In this document: piece by piece, positions 45,290 to 59,503 of the stretch
Layout of the letters: the number at the start of each line of letters is the position of its first letter
How positions within the stretch are numbered: position 1 is the stretch's first letter
From: Paramoeba atlantica
Lineage: Eukaryota; Protista; Discosea
Assembly: GCA_977017575.1 (NCBI GenBank)
Contig: CDRNVI010000056.1
Span: 372,001-436,000, forward strand
Direction of reading: 5' to 3'
DNA length: 64,000 bases
Notes under the pieces: model-generated
Told to the model about the DNA's origin: nothing
The model's input: only the letters and a program-made list of their open reading frames with translations
The model's database searches: none
Translations under genes and position numbers: made by a program

Positions 45290-46698
45290 TTTTTGCGATT
45301 CTCTTCGTTCACAATCGTGTGGCCGCTTTTGGGCGCGCGCGAGAGACGCAACGTGAATCGCAGAAGCAATGGTACATTTTAGGGTATTTCTTTGCTGAAA
45401 TGAAGTCTTTTTGGCCTGTGTAGCAGATGACGTTTTGGCGGCAGAGACGGTGAATGGGTAGATGGCCGTGCGCGTGTCAAATGTAAAAGCCCGAAAAGTG
45501 TACCGCTTTTTAGCGCATCATATCTTAAAATTCAAAATGACGTCAGATTTACCTCTTTCCGCCTGCACGGTGAAGGGGGGTTTTCAGATATCTCTGGACG
45601 CGACGTTTGCATGACTTCCGTGCATGGCGTGCGTCGATTGCGAACGCCGAACCAGCAAGCTACACCTCCTGAGTGGTCGTGCTTCGCGCGATATTTTCTG
45701 TAGAGATAGAGTTTTTCCGTTAGTCAGTATGATTGCGAAACAAAACGTGGGTTTCGCCAGTCCACTTTTTGTCCGTTCTTCCCTGAATCAAATCTTAAAC
45801 AATTTTAACCCTTTCTAATTGATGAGCGTTTCTGATCGCTCGTGCTTTGCTCTGATATTTGCTTTGGGGCACTCTTTTCACATGATTTCACTGATACTAT
45901 AAGACTTCCCCTCTTCTAACGCAAGAATTTGTTGTCATCGGACATTCTTTTAGTCAAATCAATGCTTGATTGCACAAGCTTCCTGCATCTCAAGGGGGGG
46001 GGTTGTATTTCTCTACACCTCTTTCACTTTTCACCTGCTCTTCCAAGCAACAGGGTCACAGGGCGCGCGCGTATTGTAATAGTGTGGTGGAAAAACGTCG
46101 GTTTCACACGAAACTCGCATCCACCGTGCGACCCCATTCCGTGGAGAACGATCTTTGTTTTCTTCGATCGCACTGATTCCGTTAGATGCACAGAGCGTGA
46201 TTTCACGTGAATCGAACAATTCCGCGAGATGTTTTACTTGGGCAAAGCAGGGCAGCACATGAACAATGAAAACAGGACGCGCAATGGCGCGGAACACCTT
46301 CCACGTGACACCTTCCGAAACGCGTTCTGCACAATCCAGGTATAAAACAACGAATTTCTTCGCCCGGCCGTTGCAAAGACCCACCCCTTACCGATAGATT
46401 TCGTAGCTCTGCTCTAAACGTGAACGCATCGTGCTCAACCTCTCTTCCCGACTATGTCATCGCAAAAATTGTATGTGTCACTTCTGGGCCGTTCGCATGG
46501 GCATGTGTTGGGCACACTCAAACCCCCATTGCATTCATCAATGCGACCTACGGTTGTGAATGTCGCCTTGCTTGGGGGGGGGGGGGGCTGTAAGGATCGT
46601 TAAGCGAGCGAAATCGGGGAGTTTCCATTATGACATGAATTAGCAAGGTAAAGTGCACCGCTATGGACACACAAAATTCGAGACACACCACGACGGAA

Positions 46699-46779
46699 GC
46701 GTCCATACCCAAGTGGTTAAGGGGCCTGACTTGAAATCAGGTGTGTTCTCACGCGCAGGTTCGAACCGTGCTGGGCGCG
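46699..46779 (+). tRNA. tRNA-Ser(UGA), copy 10, T-stem variant
   Basis: Same G.G T-stem mismatch as copy 9. Confidence 0.85.
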
Positions 46780-48190
46780 TTTTTGCGATTCTCTTCGTTC
46801 ACAATCGTGTGGCCGCTTTTGGGCGCGCGCGAGAGACGCAACGTGAATCGCAGAAGCAATGGTACATTTTAGGGTATTTTCTTTGCTGAAATGAAGTCTT
46901 TTTGGCCTGTGTAGCAGATGACGTTTTGGCGGCAGAGACGGTGAATGGGTAGATGGCCGTGCGCGTGTCAAATGTAAAAGCCCGAAAAGTGTACCGCTTT
47001 TTAGCGCATCATATCTTAAAATTCAAAATGACGTCAGATTTACCTCTTTCCGCCTGCACGGTGAAGGGGGGTTTTCAGATATCTCTGGACGCGACGTTTG
47101 CATGACTTCCGTGCATGGCGTGCGTCGATTGCGAAACGCCGAACCAGCAAGCTACACCTCCTGAGTGGTCGTGCTTCGCGCGATATTTTCTGTAGAGATA
47201 GAGTTTTTCCGTTAGTCAGTATGATTGCGAAACAAAACGTGGGTTTCGCCAGTCCACTTTTTGTCCGTTCTTCCCTGAATCAAATCTTAAACAATTTTAA
47301 CCCTTTCTAATTGATGAGCGTTCTGATCGCTCGTGCTTTGCTCTGATATTTGCTTTGGGCACTCTTTTCACATGATTTCACTGATACTATAAGACTTCCC
47401 CTCTTCTAACGCAAGAATTTGTTGTCATCGGACATTCTTTTAGTCAAATCAATGCTTGATTGCACAAGCTTCCTGCATCTCAAGGGGGGGGGTTGTATTT
47501 CTCTACACCTCTTTCACTTTTCACCTGCTCTTCCAAGCAACAGGGTCACAGGGCGCGCGCGTATTGTAATAGTGTGGTGGAAAAACGTCGGTTTCACACG
47601 AAACTCGCATCCACCGTGCGACCCCATTCCGTGGAGAACGATCTTTGTTTTCTTCGATCGCACTGATTCCGTTAGATGCACAGAGCGTGATTTCACGTGA
47701 ATCGAACAATTCCGCGAGATGTTTTACTTGGGGCAAAGCAGGGCAGCACATGAACAATGAAAACAGGACGCGCAATGGCGCGGAACACCTTCCACGTGAC
47801 ACCTTCCGAAACGCGTTCTGCACAATCCAGGTATAAAACAACGAATTTCTTCGCCCGGCCGTTGCAAAGACCCACCCCTTACCGATAGATTTCGTAGCTC
47901 TGCTCTAAACGTGAACGCATCGTGCTCAACCTCTCTTCCCGACTATGTCATCGCAAAAATTGTATGTGTCACTTCTGGGCCGTTCGCATGGGCATGTGTT
48001 GGGCACACTCAAACCCCCATTGCATTCATCAATGCGACCTACGGTTGTGAATGTCGCCTTGCTTGGGGGGGGGGGGGGGCTGTAAGGATCGTTAAGCGAG
48101 CGAAATCGGGGAGTTTCCATTATGACATGAATTAGCAAGGTAAAGTGCACCGCTATGGACACACAAAATTCGAGACACACCACGACGGAA

Positions 48191-48271
48191 GCGTCCATAC
48201 CCAAGTGGTTAAGGGGCCTGACTTGAAATCAGGTGTGTTCTCACGCGCAGGTTCGAACCGTGCTGGGCGCG
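48191..48271 (+). tRNA. tRNA-Ser(UGA), copy 11, T-stem variant
   Basis: Same G.G T-stem mismatch as copy 9. Confidence 0.85.
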
Positions 48272-49682
48272 TTTTTGCGATTCTCTTCGTTCACAATCGT
48301 GTGGCCGCTTTTGGGCGCGCGCGAGAGACGCAACGTGAATCGCAGAAGCAATGGTACATTTTAGGGTATTTTCTTTGCTGAAATGAAGTCTTTTTGGCCT
48401 GTGTAGCAGATGACGTTTTGGCGGCAGAGACGGTGAATGGGTAGATGGCCGTGCGAGTGTCAAATGTAAAAGCCCGAAAAGTGTACCGCTTTTTAGCGCA
48501 TCATATCTTAAAATTCAAAATGACGTCAGATTTACCTCTTTCCGCCTGCACGGTGAAGGGGGGTTTTCAGATATCTCTGGACGCGACGTTTGCATGACTT
48601 CCGTGCATGGCGTGCGTCGATTGCGAAACGCCGAACCAGCAAGCTACACCTCCTGAGTGGTCGTGCTTCGCGCGATATTTTCTGTAGAGATAGAGTTTTT
48701 CCGTTAGTCAGTATGATTGCGAAACAAAACGTGGGTTTCGCCAGTCCACTTTTTGTCCGTTCTTCCCTGAATCAAATCTTAAACAATTTTAACCCTTTCT
48801 AATTGATGAGCGTTCTGATCGCTCGTGCTTTGCTCTGATATTTGCTTTGGGCACTCTTTTCACATGATTTCACTGATACTATAAGACTTCCCCTCTTCTA
48901 ACGCAAGAATTTGTTGTCATCGGACATTCTTTTAGTCAAATCAATGCTTGATTGCACAAGCTTCCTGCATCTCAAGGGGGGGGGTTGTATTTCTCTACAC
49001 CTCTTTCACTTTTCACCTGCTCTTCCAAGCAACAGGGTCACAGGGCGCGCGCGTATTGTAATAGTGTGGTGGAAAAACGTCGGTTTCACACGAAACTCGC
49101 ATCCACCGTGCGACCCCATTCCGTGGAGAACGATCTTTGTTTTCTTCGATCGCACTGATTCCGTTAGATGCACAGAGCGTGATTTCACGTGAATCGAACA
49201 ATTCCGCGAGATGTTTTACTTGGGGCAAAGCAGGGCAGCACATGAACAATGAAAACAGGACGCGCAATGGCGCGGAACACCTTCCACGTGACACCTTCCG
49301 AAACGCGTTCTGCACAATCCAGGTATAAAACAACGAATTTCTTCGCCCGGCCGTTGCAAAGACCCACCCCTTACCGATAGATTTCGTAGCTCTGCTCTAA
49401 ACGTGAACGCATCGTGCTCAACCTCTCTTCCCGACTATGTCATCGCAAAAATTGTATGTGTCACTTCTGGGCCGTTCGCATGGGCATGTGTTGGGCACAC
49501 TCAAACCCCCATTGCATTCATCAATGCGACCTACGGTTGTGAATGTCGCCTTGCTTGGGGGGGGGGGGGGGCTGTAAGGATCGTTAAGCGAGCGAAATCG
49601 GGGAGTTTCCATTATGACATGAATTAGCAAGGTAAAGTGCACCGCTATGGACACACAAAATTCGAGACACACCACGACGGAA

Positions 49683-49763
49683 GCGTCCATACCCAAGTGG
49701 TTAAGGGGCCTGACTTGAAATCAGGTGTGTTCTCACGCGCAGGTTCGAACCGTGCTGGGCGCG
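49683..49763 (+). tRNA. tRNA-Ser(UGA), copy 12, T-stem variant
   Basis: Same G.G T-stem mismatch as copy 9. Confidence 0.85.
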
Positions 49764-51174
49764 TTTTTGCGATTCTCTTCGTTCACAATCGTGTGGCCGC
49801 TTTTGGGCGCGCGCGAGAGACGCAACGTGAATCGCAGAAGCAATGGTACATTTTAGGGTATTTTCTTTGCTGAAATGAAGTCTTTTTGGCCTGTGTAGCA
49901 GATGACGTTTTGGCGGCAGAGACGGTGAATGGGTAGATGGCCGTGCGAGTGTCAAATGTAAAAGCCCGAAAAGTGTACCGCTTTTTAGCGCATCATATCT
50001 TAAAATTCAAAATGACGTCAGATTTACCTCTTTCCGCCTGCACGGTGAAGGGGGGTTTTCAGATATCTCTGGACGCGACGTTTGCATGACTTCCGTGCAT
50101 GGCGTGCGTCGATTGCGAAACGCCGAACCAGCAAGCTACACCTCCTGAGTGGTCGTGCTTCGCGCGATATTTTCTGTAGAGATAGAGTTTTTCCGTTAGT
50201 CAGTATGATTGCGAAACAAAACGTGGGTTTCGCCAGTCCACTTTTTGTCCGTTCTTCCCTGAATCAAATCTTAAACAATTTTAACCCTTTCTAATTGATG
50301 AGCGTTCTGATCGCTCGTGCTTTGCTCTGATATTTGCTTTGGGCACTCTTTTCACATGATTTCACTGATACTATAAGACTTCCCCTCTTCTAACGCAAGA
50401 ATTTGTTGTCATCGGACATTCTTTTAGTCAAATCAATGCTTGATTGCACAAGCTTCCTGCATCTCAAGGGGGGGGGTTGTATTTCTCTACACCTCTTTCA
50501 CTTTTCACCTGCTCTTCCAAGCAACAGGGTCACAGGGCGCGCGCGTATTGTAATAGTGTGGTGGAAAAACGTCGGTTTCACACGAAACTCGCATCCACCG
50601 TGCGACCCCATTCCGTGGAGAACGATCTTTGTTTTCTTCGATCGCACTGATTCCGTTAGATGCACAGAGCGTGATTTCACGTGAATCGAACAATTCCGCG
50701 AGATGTTTTACTTGGGGCAAAGCAGGGCAGCACATGAACAATGAAAACAGGACGCGCAATGGCGCGGAACACCTTCCACGTGACACCTTCCGAAACGCGT
50801 TCTGCACAATCCAGGTATAAAACAACGAATTTCTTCGCCCGGCCGTTGCAAAGACCCACCCCTTACCGATAGATTTCGTAGCTCTGCTCTAAACGTGAAC
50901 GCATCGTGCTCAACCTCTCTTCCCGACTATGTCATCGCAAAAATTGTATGTGTCACTTCTGGGCCGTTCGCATGGGCATGTGTTGGGCACACTCAAACCC
51001 CCATTGCATTCATCAATGCGACCTACGGTTGTGAATGTCGCCTTGCTTGGGGGGGGGGGGGGGCTGTAAGGATCGTTAAGCGAGCGAAATCGGGGAGTTT
51101 CCATTATGACATGAATTAGCAAGGTAAAGTGCACCGCTATGGACACACAAAATTCGAGACACACCACGACGGAA

Positions 51175-51255
51175 GCGTCCATACCCAAGTGGTTAAGGGG
51201 CCTGACTTGAAATCAGGTGTGTTCTCACGCGCAGGTTCGAACCGTGCTGGGCGCG
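51175..51255 (+). tRNA. tRNA-Ser(UGA), copy 13, T-stem variant
   Basis: Same G.G T-stem mismatch as copy 9. Confidence 0.85.
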
Positions 51256-52665
51256 TTTTTGCGATTCTCTTCGTTCACAATCGTGTGGCCGCTTTTGGGC
51301 GCGCGCGAGAGACGCAACGTGAATCGCAGAAGCAATGGTACATTTTAGGGTATTTTCTTTGCTGAAATGAAGTCTTTTTGGCCTGTGTAGCAGATGACGT
51401 TTTGGCGGCAGAGACGGTGAATGGGTAGATGGCCGTGCGAGTGTCAAATGTAAAAGCCCGAAAAGTGTACCGCTTTTTAGCGCATCATATCTTAAAATTC
51501 AAAATGACGTCAGATTTACCTCTTTCCGCCTGCACGGTGAAGGGGGGTTTTCAGATATCTCTGGACGCGACGTTTGCATGACTTCCGTGCATGGCGTGCG
51601 TCGATTGCGAAACGCCGAACCAGCAAGCTACACCTCCTGAGTGGTCGTGCTTCGCGCGATATTTTCTGTAGAGATAGAGTTTTTCCGTTAGTCAGTATGA
51701 TTGCGAAACAAAACGTGGGTTTCGCCAGTCCACTTTTTGTCCGTTCTTCCCTGAATCAAATCTTAAACAATTTTAACCCTTTCTAATTGATGAGCGTTCT
51801 GATCGCTCGTGCTTTGCTCTGATATTTGCTTTGGGCACTCTTTTCACATGATTTCACTGATACTATAAGACTTCCCCTCTTCTAACGCAAGAATTTGTTG
51901 TCATCGGACATTCTTTTAGTCAAATCAATGCTTGATTGCACAAGCTTCCTGCATCTCAAGGGGGGGGGTTGTATTTCTCTACACCTCTTTCACTTTTCAC
52001 CTGCTCTTCCAAGCAACAGGGTCACAGGGCGCGCGCGTATTGTAATAGTGTGGTGGAAAAACGTCGGTTTCACACGAAACTCGCATCCACCGTGCGACCC
52101 CATTCCGTGGAGAACGATCTTTGTTTTCTTCGATCGCACTGATTCCGTTAGATGCACAGAGCGTGATTTCACGTGAATCGAACAATTCCGCGAGATGTTT
52201 TACTTGGGGCAAAGCAGGGCAGCACATGAACAATGAAAACAGGACGCGCAATGGCGCGGAACACCTTCCACGTGACACCTTCCGAAACGCGTTCTGCACA
52301 ATCCAGGTATAAAACAACGAATTTCTTCGCCCGGCCGTTGCAAAGACCCACCCCTTACCGATAGATTTCGTAGCTCTGCTCTAAACGTGAACGCATCGTG
52401 CTCAACCTCTCTTCCCGACTATGTCATCGCAAAAATTGTATGTGTCACTTCTGGGCCGTTCGCATGGGCATGTGTTGGGCACACTCAAACCCCCATTGCA
52501 TTCATCAATGCGACCTACGGTTGTGAATGTCGCCTTGCTTGGGGGGGGGGGGGGCTGTAAGGATCGTTAAGCGAGCGAAATCGGGGAGTTTCCATTATGA
52601 CATGAATTAGCAAGGTAAAGTGCACCGCTATGGACACACAAAATTCGAGACACACCACGACGGAA

Positions 52666-52746
52666 GCGTCCATACCCAAGTGGTTAAGGGGCCTGACTTG
52701 AAATCAGGTGTGTTCTCACGCGCAGGTTCGAACCGTGCTGGGCGCG
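52666..52746 (+). tRNA. tRNA-Ser(UGA), copy 14, T-stem variant
   Basis: Same G.G T-stem mismatch as copy 9. Confidence 0.85.
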
Positions 52747-54156
52747 TTTTTGCGATTCTCTTCGTTCACAATCGTGTGGCCGCTTTTGGGCGCGCGCGAG
52801 AGACGCAACGTGAATCGCAGAAGCAATGGTACATTTTAGGGTATTTTCTTTGCTGAAATGAAGTCTTTTTGGCCTGTGTAGCAGATGACGTTTTGGCGGC
52901 AGAGACGGTGAATGGGTAGATGGCCGTGCGAGTGTCAAATGTAAAAGCCCGAAAAGTGTACCGCTTTTTAGCGCATCATATCTTAAAATTCAAAATGACG
53001 TCAGATTTACCTCTTTCCGCCTGCACGGTGAAGGGGGGTTTTCAGATATCTCTGGACGCGACGTTTGCATGACTTCCGTGCATGGCGTGCGTCGATTGCG
53101 AAACGCCGAACCAGCAAGCTACACCTCCTGAGTGGTCGTGCTTCGCGCGATATTTTCTGTAGAGATAGAGTTTTTCCGTTAGTCAGTATGATTGCGAAAC
53201 AAAACGTGGGTTTCGCCAGTCCACTTTTTGTCCGTTCTTCCCTGAATCAAATCTTAAACAATTTTAACCCTTTCTAATTGATGAGCGTTCTGATCGCTCG
53301 TGCTTTGCTCTGATATTTGCTTTGGGCACTCTTTTCACATGATTTCACTGATACTATAAGACTTCCCCTCTTCTAACGCAAGAATTTGTTGTCATCGGAC
53401 ATTCTTTTAGTCAAATCAATGCTTGATTGCACAAGCTTCCTGCATCTCAAGGGGGGGGGTTGTATTTCTCTACACCTCTTTCACTTTTCACCTGCTCTTC
53501 CAAGCAACAGGGTCACAGGGCGCGCGCGTATTGTAATAGTGTGGTGGAAAAACGTCGGTTTCACACGAAACTCGCATCCACCGTGCGACCCCATTCCGTG
53601 GAGAACGATCTTTGTTTTCTTCGATCGCACTGATTCCGTTAGATGCACAGAGCGTGATTTCACGTGAATCGAACAATTCCGCGAGATGTTTTACTTGGGG
53701 CAAAGCAGGGCAGCACATGAACAATGAAAACAGGACGCGCAATGGCGCGGAACACCTTCCACGTGACACCTTCCGAAACGCGTTCTGCACAATCCAGGTA
53801 TAAAACAACGAATTTCTTCGCCCGGCCGTTGCAAAGACCCACCCCTTACCGATAGATTTCGTAGCTCTGCTCTAAACGTGAACGCATCGTGCTCAACCTC
53901 TCTTCCCGACTATGTCATCGCAAAAATTGTATGTGTCACTTCTGGGCCGTTCGCATGGGCATGTGTTGGGCACACTCAAACCCCCATTGCATTCATCAAT
54001 GCGACCTACGGTTGTGAATGTCGCCTTGCTTGGGGGGGGGGGGGGCTGTAAGGATCGTTAAGCGAGCGAAATCGGGGAGTTTCCATTATGACATGAATTA
54101 GCAAGGTAAAGTGCACCGCTATGGACACACAAAATTCGAGACACACCACGACGGAA

Positions 54157-54237
54157 GCGTCCATACCCAAGTGGTTAAGGGGCCTGACTTGAAATCAGGT
54201 GTGTTCTCACGCGCAGGTTCGAACCGTGCTGGGCGCG
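54157..54237 (+). tRNA. tRNA-Ser(UGA), copy 15, T-stem variant
   Basis: Same G.G T-stem mismatch as copy 9. Confidence 0.85.
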
Positions 54238-55647
54238 TTTTTGCGATTCTCTTCGTTCACAATCGTGTGGCCGCTTTTGGGCGCGCGCGAGAGACGCAAC
54301 GTGAATCGCAGAAGCAATGGTACATTTTAGGGTATTTTCTTTGCTGAAATGAAGTCTTTTTGGCCTGTGTAGCAGATGACGTTTTGGCGGCAGAGACGGT
54401 GAATGGGTAGATGGCCGTGCGAGTGTCAAATGTAAAAGCCCGAAAAGTGTACCGCTTTTTAGCGCATCATATCTTAAAATTCAAAATGACGTCAGATTTA
54501 CCTCTTTCCGCCTGCACGGTGAAGGGGGGTTTTCAGATATCTCTGGACGCGACGTTTGCATGACTTCCGTGCATGGCGTGCGTCGATTGCGAAACGCCGA
54601 ACCAGCAAGCTACACCTCCTGAGTGGTCGTGCTTCGCGCGATATTTTCTGTAGAGATAGAGTTTTTCCGTTAGTCAGTATGATTGCGAAACAAAACGTGG
54701 GTTTCGCCAGTCCACTTTTTGTCCGTTCTTCCCTGAATCAAATCTTAAACAATTTTAACCCTTTCTAATTGATGAGCGTTCTGATCGCTCGTGCTTTGCT
54801 CTGATATTTGCTTTGGGCACTCTTTTCACATGATTTCACTGATACTATAAGACTTCCCCTCTTCTAACGCAAGAATTTGTTGTCATCGGACATTCTTTTA
54901 GTCAAATCAATGCTTGATTGCACAAGCTTCCTGCATCTCAAGGGGGGGGGTTGTATTTCTCTACACCTCTTTCACTTTTCACCTGCTCTTCCAAGCAACA
55001 GGGTCACAGGGCGCGCGCGTATTGTAATAGTGTGGTGGAAAAACGTCGGTTTCACACGAAACTCGCATCCACCGTGCGACCCCATTCCGTGGAGAACGAT
55101 CTTTGTTTTCTTCGATCGCACTGATTCCGTTAGATGCACAGAGCGTGATTTCACGTGAATCGAACAATTCCGCGAGATGTTTTACTTGGGGCAAAGCAGG
55201 GCAGCACATGAACAATGAAAACAGGACGCGCAATGGCGCGGAACACCTTCCACGTGACACCTTCCGAAACGCGTTCTGCACAATCCAGGTATAAAACAAC
55301 GAATTTCTTCGCCCGGCCGTTGCAAAGACCCACCCCTTACCGATAGATTTCGTAGCTCTGCTCTAAACGTGAACGCATCGTGCTCAACCTCTCTTCCCGA
55401 CTATGTCATCGCAAAAATTGTATGTGTCACTTCTGGGCCGTTCGCATGGGCATGTGTTGGGCACACTCAAACCCCCATTGCATTCATCAATGCGACCTAC
55501 GGTTGTGAATGTCGCCTTGCTTGGGGGGGGGGGGGGCTGTAAGGATCGTTAAGCGAGCGAAATCGGGGAGTTTCCATTATGACATGAATTAGCAAGGTAA
55601 AGTGCACCGCTATGGACACACAAAATTCGAGACACACCACGACGGAA

Positions 55648-55728
55648 GCGTCCATACCCAAGTGGTTAAGGGGCCTGACTTGAAATCAGGTGTGTTCTCA
55701 CGCGCAGGTTCGAACCGTGCTGGGCGCG
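55648..55728 (+). tRNA. tRNA-Ser(UGA), copy 16, T-stem variant
   Basis: Same G.G T-stem mismatch as copy 9. Confidence 0.85.
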
Positions 55729-57136
55729 TTTTTGCGATTCTCTTCGTTCACAATCGTGTGGCCGCTTTTGGGCGCGCGCGAGAGACGCAACGTGAATCGC
55801 AGAAGCAATGGTACATTTTAGGGTATTTTCTTTGCTGAAATGAAGTCTTTTTGGCCTGTGTAGCAGATGACGTTTTGGCGGCAGAGACGGTGAATGGGTA
55901 GATGGCCGTGCGAGTGTCAAATGTAAAAGCCCGAAAAGTGTACCGCTTTTTAGCGCATCATATCTTAAAATTCAAAATGACGTCAGATTTACCTCTTTCC
56001 GCCTGCACGGTGAAGGGGGGTTTTCAGATATCTCTGGACGCGACGTTTGCATGACTTCCGTGCATGGCGTGCGTCGATTGCGAAACGCCGAACCAGCAAG
56101 CTACACCTCCTGAGTGGTCGTGCTTCGCGCGATATTTTCTGTAGAGATAGAGTTTTTCCGTTAGTCAGTATGATTGCGAAACAAAACGTGGGTTTCGCCA
56201 GTCCACTTTTTGTCCGTTCTTCCCTGAATCAAATCTTAAACAATTTTAACCCTTTCTAATTGATGAGCGTTCTGATCGCTCGTGCTTTGCTCTGATATTT
56301 GCTTTGGGCACTCTTTTCACATGATTTCACTGATACTATAAGACTTCCCCTCTTCTAACGCAAGAATTTGTTGTCATCGGACATTCTTTTAGTCAAATCA
56401 ATGCTTGATTGCACAAGCTTCCTGCATCTCAAGGGGGGGGGTTGTATTTCTCTACACCTCTTTCACTTTTCACCTGCTCTTCCAAGCAACAGGGTCACAG
56501 GGCGCGCGCGTATTGTAATAGTGTGGTGGAAAAACGTCGGTTTCACACGAAACTCGCATCCACCGTGCGACCCCATTCCGTGGAGAACGATCTTTGTTTT
56601 CTTCGATCGCACTGATTCCGTTAGATGCACAGAGCGTGATTTCACGTGAATCGAACAATTCCGCGAGATGTTTTACTTGGGGCAAAGCAGGGCAGCACAT
56701 GAACAATGAAAACAGGACGCGCAATGGCGCGGAACACCTTCCACGTGACACCTTCCGAAACGCGTTCTGCACAATCCAGGTATAAAACAACGAATTTCTT
56801 CGCCCGGCCGTTGCAAAGACCCACCCCTTACCGATAGATTTCGTAGCTCTGCTCTAAACGTGAACGCATCGTGCTCAACCTCTCTTCCCGACTATGTCAT
56901 CGCAAAAATTGTATGTGTCACTTCTGGGCCGTTCGCATGGGCATGTGTTGGGCACACTCAAACCCCCATTGCATTCATCAATGCGACCTACGGTTGTGAA
57001 TGTCGCCTTGCTTGGGGGGGGGGGGCTGTAAGGATCGTTAAGCGAGCGAAATCGGGGAGTTTCCATTATGACATGAATTAGCAAGGTAAAGTGCACCGCT
57101 ATGGACACACAAAATTCGAGACACACCACGACGGAA

Positions 57137-57217
57137 GCGTCCATACCCAAGTGGTTAAGGGGCCTGACTTGAAATCAGGTGTGTTCTCACGCGCAGGTTC
57201 GAACCCTGCTGGGCGCG
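57137..57217 (+). tRNA. tRNA-Ser(UGA), copy 17
   Basis: Identical to copy 1. Confidence 0.95.
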
Positions 57218-58626
57218 TTTTTGCGATTCTCTTCGTTCACAATCGTGTGGCCGCTTTTGGGCGCGCGCGAGAGACGCAACGTGAATCGCAGAAGCAATGG
57301 TACATTTTAGGGTATTTTCTTTGCTGAAATGAAGTCTTTTTGGCCTGTGTAGCAGATGACGTTTTGGCGGCAGAGACGGTGAATGGGTAGATGGCCGTGC
57401 GCGTGTCAAATGTAAAAGCCCGAAAAGTGTACCGCTTTTTAGCGCATCATATCTTAAAATTCAAAATGACGTCAGATTTACCTCTTTCCGCCTGCACGGT
57501 GAAGGGGGGTTTTCAGATATCTCTGGACGCGACGTTTGCATGACTTCCGTGCATGGCGTGCGTCGATTGCGAAACGCCGAACCAGCAAGCTACACCTCCT
57601 GAGTGGTCGTGCTTCGCGCGATATTTTCTGTAGAGATAGAGTTTTTCCGTTAGTCAGTATGATTGCGAAACAAAACGTGGGTTTCGCCAGTCCACTTTTT
57701 GTCCGTTCTTCCCTGAATCAAATCTTAAACAATTTTAACCCTTTCTAATTGATGAGCGTTCTGATCGCTCGTGCTTTGCTCTGATATTTGCTTTGGGCAC
57801 TCTTTTCACATGATTTCACTGATACTATAAGACTTCCCCTCTTCTAACGCAAGAATTTGTTGTCATCGGACATTCTTTTAGTCAAATCAATGCTTGATTG
57901 CACAAGCTTCCTGCATCTCAAGGGGGGGGTTGTATTTCTCTACACCTCTTTCACTTTTCACCTGCTCTTCCAAGCAACAGGGTCACAGGGCGCGCGCGTA
58001 TTGTAATAGTGTGGTGGAAAAACGTCGGTTTCACACGAAACTCGCATCCACCGTGCGACCCCATTCCGTGGAGAACGATCTTTGTTTTCTTCGATCGCAC
58101 TGATTCCGTTAGATGCACAGAGCGTGATTTCACGTGAATCGAACAATTCCGCGAGATGTTTTACTTGGGGCAAAGCAGGGCAGCACATGAACAATGAAAA
58201 CAGGACGCGCAATGGCGCGGAACACCTTCCACGTGACACCTTCCGAAACGCGTTCTGCACAATCCAGGTATAAAACAACGAATTTCTTCGCCCGGCCGTT
58301 GCAAAGACCCACCCCTTACCGATAGATTTCGTAGCTCTGCTCTAAACGTGAACGCATCGTGCTCAACCTCTCTTCCCGACTATGTCATCGCAAAAATTGT
58401 ATGTGTCACTTCTGGGCCGTTCGCATGGGCATGTGTTGGGCACACTCAAACCCCCATTGCATTCATCAATGCGACCTACGGTTGTGAATGTCGCCTTGCT
58501 TGGGGGGGGGGGGGGCTGTAAGGATCGTTAAGCGAGCGAAATCGGGGAGTTTCCATTATGACATGAATTAGCAAGGTAAACTGCACCGCTATGGACACAC
58601 AAAATTCGAGACACACCACGACGGAA

Positions 58627-58707
58627 GCGTCCATACCCAAGTGGTTAAGGGGCCTGACTTGAAATCAGGTGTGTTCTCAGGCGCAGGTTCGAACCCTGCT
58701 GGGCGCG
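58627..58707 (+). tRNA. tRNA-Ser(UGA), copy 18, variable-arm variant
   Basis: Variable arm TGTGTTCTCAGGC instead of TGTGTTCTCACGC; otherwise intact. Confidence 0.88.
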
Positions 58708-59503
58708 TTTTTGCGATTCTCTTCGTTCACAATCGTGTGGCCGCTTTTGGGCGCGCGCGAGAGACGCAACGTGAATCGCAGAAGCAATGGTACATTTTAG
58801 GGTATTTTCTTTGCTGAAATGAAGTCTTTTTGGCCTGTGTAGCAGATGACGTTTTGGCGGCAGAGACGGTGAATGGGTAGATGGCCGTGCGCGTGTCAAA
58901 TGTAAAAGCCCGAAAAGTGTACCGCTTTTTAGCGCATCATATCTTAAAATTCAAAATGACGTCAGATTTACCTCTTTCCGCCTGCACGGTGAAGGGGGGT
59001 TTTCAGATATCTCTGGACGCGACGTTTGCATGACTTCCGTGCATGGCGTGCGTCGATTGCGAAACGCCGAACCAGCAAGCTACACCTCCTGAGTGGTCGT
59101 GCTTCGCGCGATATTTTCTGTAGAGATAGAGTTTTTCCGTTAGTCAGTATGATTGCGAAACAAAACGTGGGTTTCGCCAGTCCACTTTTTGTCCGTTCTT
59201 CCCTGAATCAAATCTTAAACAATTTTAACCCTTTCTAATTGATGAGCGTTCTGATCGCTCGTGCTTTGCTCTGATATTTGCTTTGGGCACTCTTTTCACA
59301 TGATTTCACTGATACTATAAGACTTCCCCTCTTCTAACGCAAGAATTTGTTGTCATCGGACATTCTTTTAGTCAAATCAATGCTTGATTGCACAAGCTTC
59401 CTGCATCTCAAGGGGGGGGGTTGTATTTCTCTACACCTCTTTCACTTTTCACCTGCTCTTCCAAGCAACAGGGTCACAGGGCGCGCGCGTATTGTAATAG
59501 TGT

